A stretch of DNA of 32,000 nucleotides from Candidatus Saccharimonadota bacterium (GTDB lineage: Bacteria > Patescibacteriota > Saccharimonadia > Saccharimonadales > Saccharimonadaceae), in NCBI GenBank assembly GCA_049296095.1, contig JBAQRV010000001.1:660001-692000 (forward strand), read 5' to 3'. This document shows positions 30,516 through 32,000 of this stretch, in pieces. The notes below the pieces were generated by a model, which saw only the letters and a program-made list of their open reading frames with translations, searched no databases and was not told where the DNA came from. Both the position numbers and the translations under genes were made by a program. The number at the start of each line of letters is the position of its first letter. Within the stretch, counting starts at the first letter, position 1.

Positions 30516-31292
30516 ATGACTGGTCCAAAAAAATCACTCGGACAACACTGGCTCAAGGATCGTGACGTTCTGGCGGGCATTGCCGAAGCGGCTGATATTC
30601 GGCCAACTGACGCAGTGCTCGAGATTGGCCCTGGCTTGGGGACATTGACCAGTGAACTCTTGCGACGCGCTAACAGAGTGATCGCGGTCGAACTTGATAA
30701 AGAACTTGCCACGAAGCTACCAGGTCAGTTTCCTGGTACGAATCTAGAGGTTGTTCGGCAGGATATTCTGAGTTTTGACTTATCAAAATTACCTAAAGAC
30801 TATGTTGTCGTGGCGAATGTTCCGTACTATATCACCTCAAAAATCATTCAACTATTATTAAATGCTGATAATAAACCCAGGGTAGCAGTCTTGTTGGTGC
30901 AGAAGGAAGTGGCTGAGCGGTTGGCTGCAGGGGCAGGTGATATGAGTATTCTTGCCATCAGCGCCCAGCTGTTTTCCGAAGTCTCACTTGGTGATGTTGT
31001 ACCGGCTCGTTTCTTTACACCGCCACCAAAGGTAGATAGTCAGGTGGTAGTGTTGAAATTGCGCGATCATCCCCTTGTTTCGGCAGAGGATGAGAAGGAA
31101 TTTTTCCGTGTCGTGAAGGCCGGGTTCTCGGCTAAACGTAAAAAGCTTCGAAGTAGTCTATCTGGTGGATTGGGCATTTCGAAATTTGAGGTAGAGGAGT
31201 TGCTCCGGCGTGCCTCGATCAGTGCTGATGCTCGGGCAGAATCTTTATCGATTGATGATTGGACTCGTCTCGTGAAAATTGCTGCCTCATAG
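30516..31292 (+). CDS. rsmA: 16S rRNA (adenine1518/1519-N6)-dimethyltransferase
   Basis: LGQHWL, the SAM motif VLEIGPGLGTLT, and ANVPYYITS. Confidence 0.9.
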   Translation: MTGPKKSLGQHWLKDRDVLAGIAEAADIRPTDAVLEIGPGLGTLTSELLRRANRVIAVELDKELATKLPGQFPGTNLEVVRQDILSFDLSKLPKDYVVVANVPYYITSKIIQLLLNADNKPRVAVLLVQKEVAERLAAGAGDMSILAISAQLFSEVSLGDVVPARFFTPPPKVDSQVVVLKLRDHPLVSAEDEKEFFRVVKAGFSAKRKKLRSSLSGGLGISKFEVEELLRRASISADARAESLSIDDWTRLVKIAAS

Positions 31293-31298
31293 TGCTCG

Positions 31299-31307
31299 TG
31301 CTAAAAT
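31299..31307 (+). promoter_or_regulatory. Extended -10 box TGcTAAAAT, 9 nt upstream of ATG 31317
   Basis: The sequence tgctaaaat is followed by agcagcact and then ATG. Confidence 0.35.
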
Positions 31308-31316
31308 AGCAGCACT

Positions 31317-32000
31317 ATGAAGCAACGCTCAACAACTCTGCGATCTCAAGCTTTTACGATCGTCGAATTGATTATTGTCGTAGCTGTCATCGGTATCTTA
31401 GCAACGATCGGTATCGTTTCATACGGGGCAATACAGGCGAACGCTCGTGATAAAGCAATCTTATCTGATCTTGATGGCGTGGCTGGCGAATTAGCGCATT
31501 ACGCGGTGAATAATGCTGGGGTATATGGAAGTGCTGTAGAGTGGTATTCCCCAGATGGCGAGAATGTAAACATACGATTTAGCCCTTCTAATGGCAACGT
31601 CATTGATGTCGTTGCAAATGATACAGATTATTGTATTAGAGGATATAATTTAGCTGCTGGGCAATATAGATCTCTCGCAACAGCGTACACGAAGGGCTCA
31701 AGTTCGACCGCTTGTGATACTCTTAGTGCTTCGAGTGCAGCTATTGCTGCGGGGACGGCTGCTTTCACTGACCTCACTTGGACGCCGCAGTCCAGCCCAG
31801 GGACGCATCGCTGGAGTACGGTCGCAATATCTGCTGATGGCACAAAGCAAGCCGCCGGTGTTTCAAACGGAGGATATGTCTATACATCAGATGATTCAGG
31901 ATCCACCTGGACGGCTCGTACAAGTCTAGGATCACGTTATTGGACTTCTATTGCAATGTCATCTGACGGAAGTAAGTTAATAGCTGCGTATAGCACTGGT
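31317..32000 (+). CDS. Pilin-like protein (prepilin N-terminus) fused to BNR/Asp-box beta-propeller-type repeats; 3' end runs off the window
   Basis: Absent from the ORF track because no stop falls within the window. My hand translation is open for 228 codons. It reads MKQRSTTLRSQA|FTIVELIIVVAVIGILATIG, then WSTVAISADGTKQ, the Asp-box YTSDDSGSTWT, and WTSIAMSSDGSKL. Confidence 0.75.
   Translation, partial: MKQRSTTLRSQAFTIVELIIVVAVIGILATIGIVSYGAIQANARDKAILSDLDGVAGELAHYAVNNAGVYGSAVEWYSPDGENVNIRFSPSNGNVIDVVANDTDYCIRGYNLAAGQYRSLATAYTKGSSSTACDTLSASSAAIAAGTAAFTDLTWTPQSSPGTHRWSTVAISADGTKQAAGVSNGGYVYTSDDSGSTWTARTSLGSRYWTSIAMSSDGSKLIAAYSTG

Overview
Gene-dense window of about 48% GC by eye. It most resembles a reduced-genome, Gram-positive-type bacterium of the Saccharibacteria/Patescibacteria kind. 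That assignment is an inference from gene content: many type IV pilin-like genes, an LPXTG surface protein, G5/DUF348 wall hydrolases, a minimal glycolysis and one-carbon gene set, and many SD-less starts.

Backbone genes:
- Wall-remodelling and redox genes: a G5/3D protein, an HSL-type esterase, and a molybdopterin-oxidoreductase plus FNR-like reductase pair.
- An HTH-MurA fusion, then glyA.
- A six-gene minus-strand block: murB, three minor pilins (one a 694-698 aa FN3/triple-repeat protein) and two major-pilin paralogs.
- tRNA-Arg(UCG) and tRNA-Lys(CUU), two small membrane proteins, and folD.
- A receiver-only response regulator placed divergently from a translationally coupled methyltransferase-like gene and a 7TM-GAF histidine kinase.
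- An LPXTG/DUF11 surface protein, tRNA-Glu(UUC), pyk-pgk-tpiA, a disordered tail-anchored protein, pcrA, a G5/SLT hydrolase, rsmA, and a partial pilin-BNR fusion that is missing from the ORF track.

The outstanding accessory feature is a roughly 3.4 kb compositional island at about 19.1-22.56 kb, with up to about 67% GC in lines I hand-counted.
- It carries two family-less membrane or secreted proteins, bracketed by ~40-bp inverted repeats.
- An AT-rich control region follows, full of palindromes and repeats.
- A near-consensus promoter with an embedded palindromic operator then drives three ATGA-coupled small ORFs.
- I saw no integrase, transposase, CRISPR array or rRNA anywhere in the window.

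All calls come from reading the sequence and translations by eye. No database search was possible.
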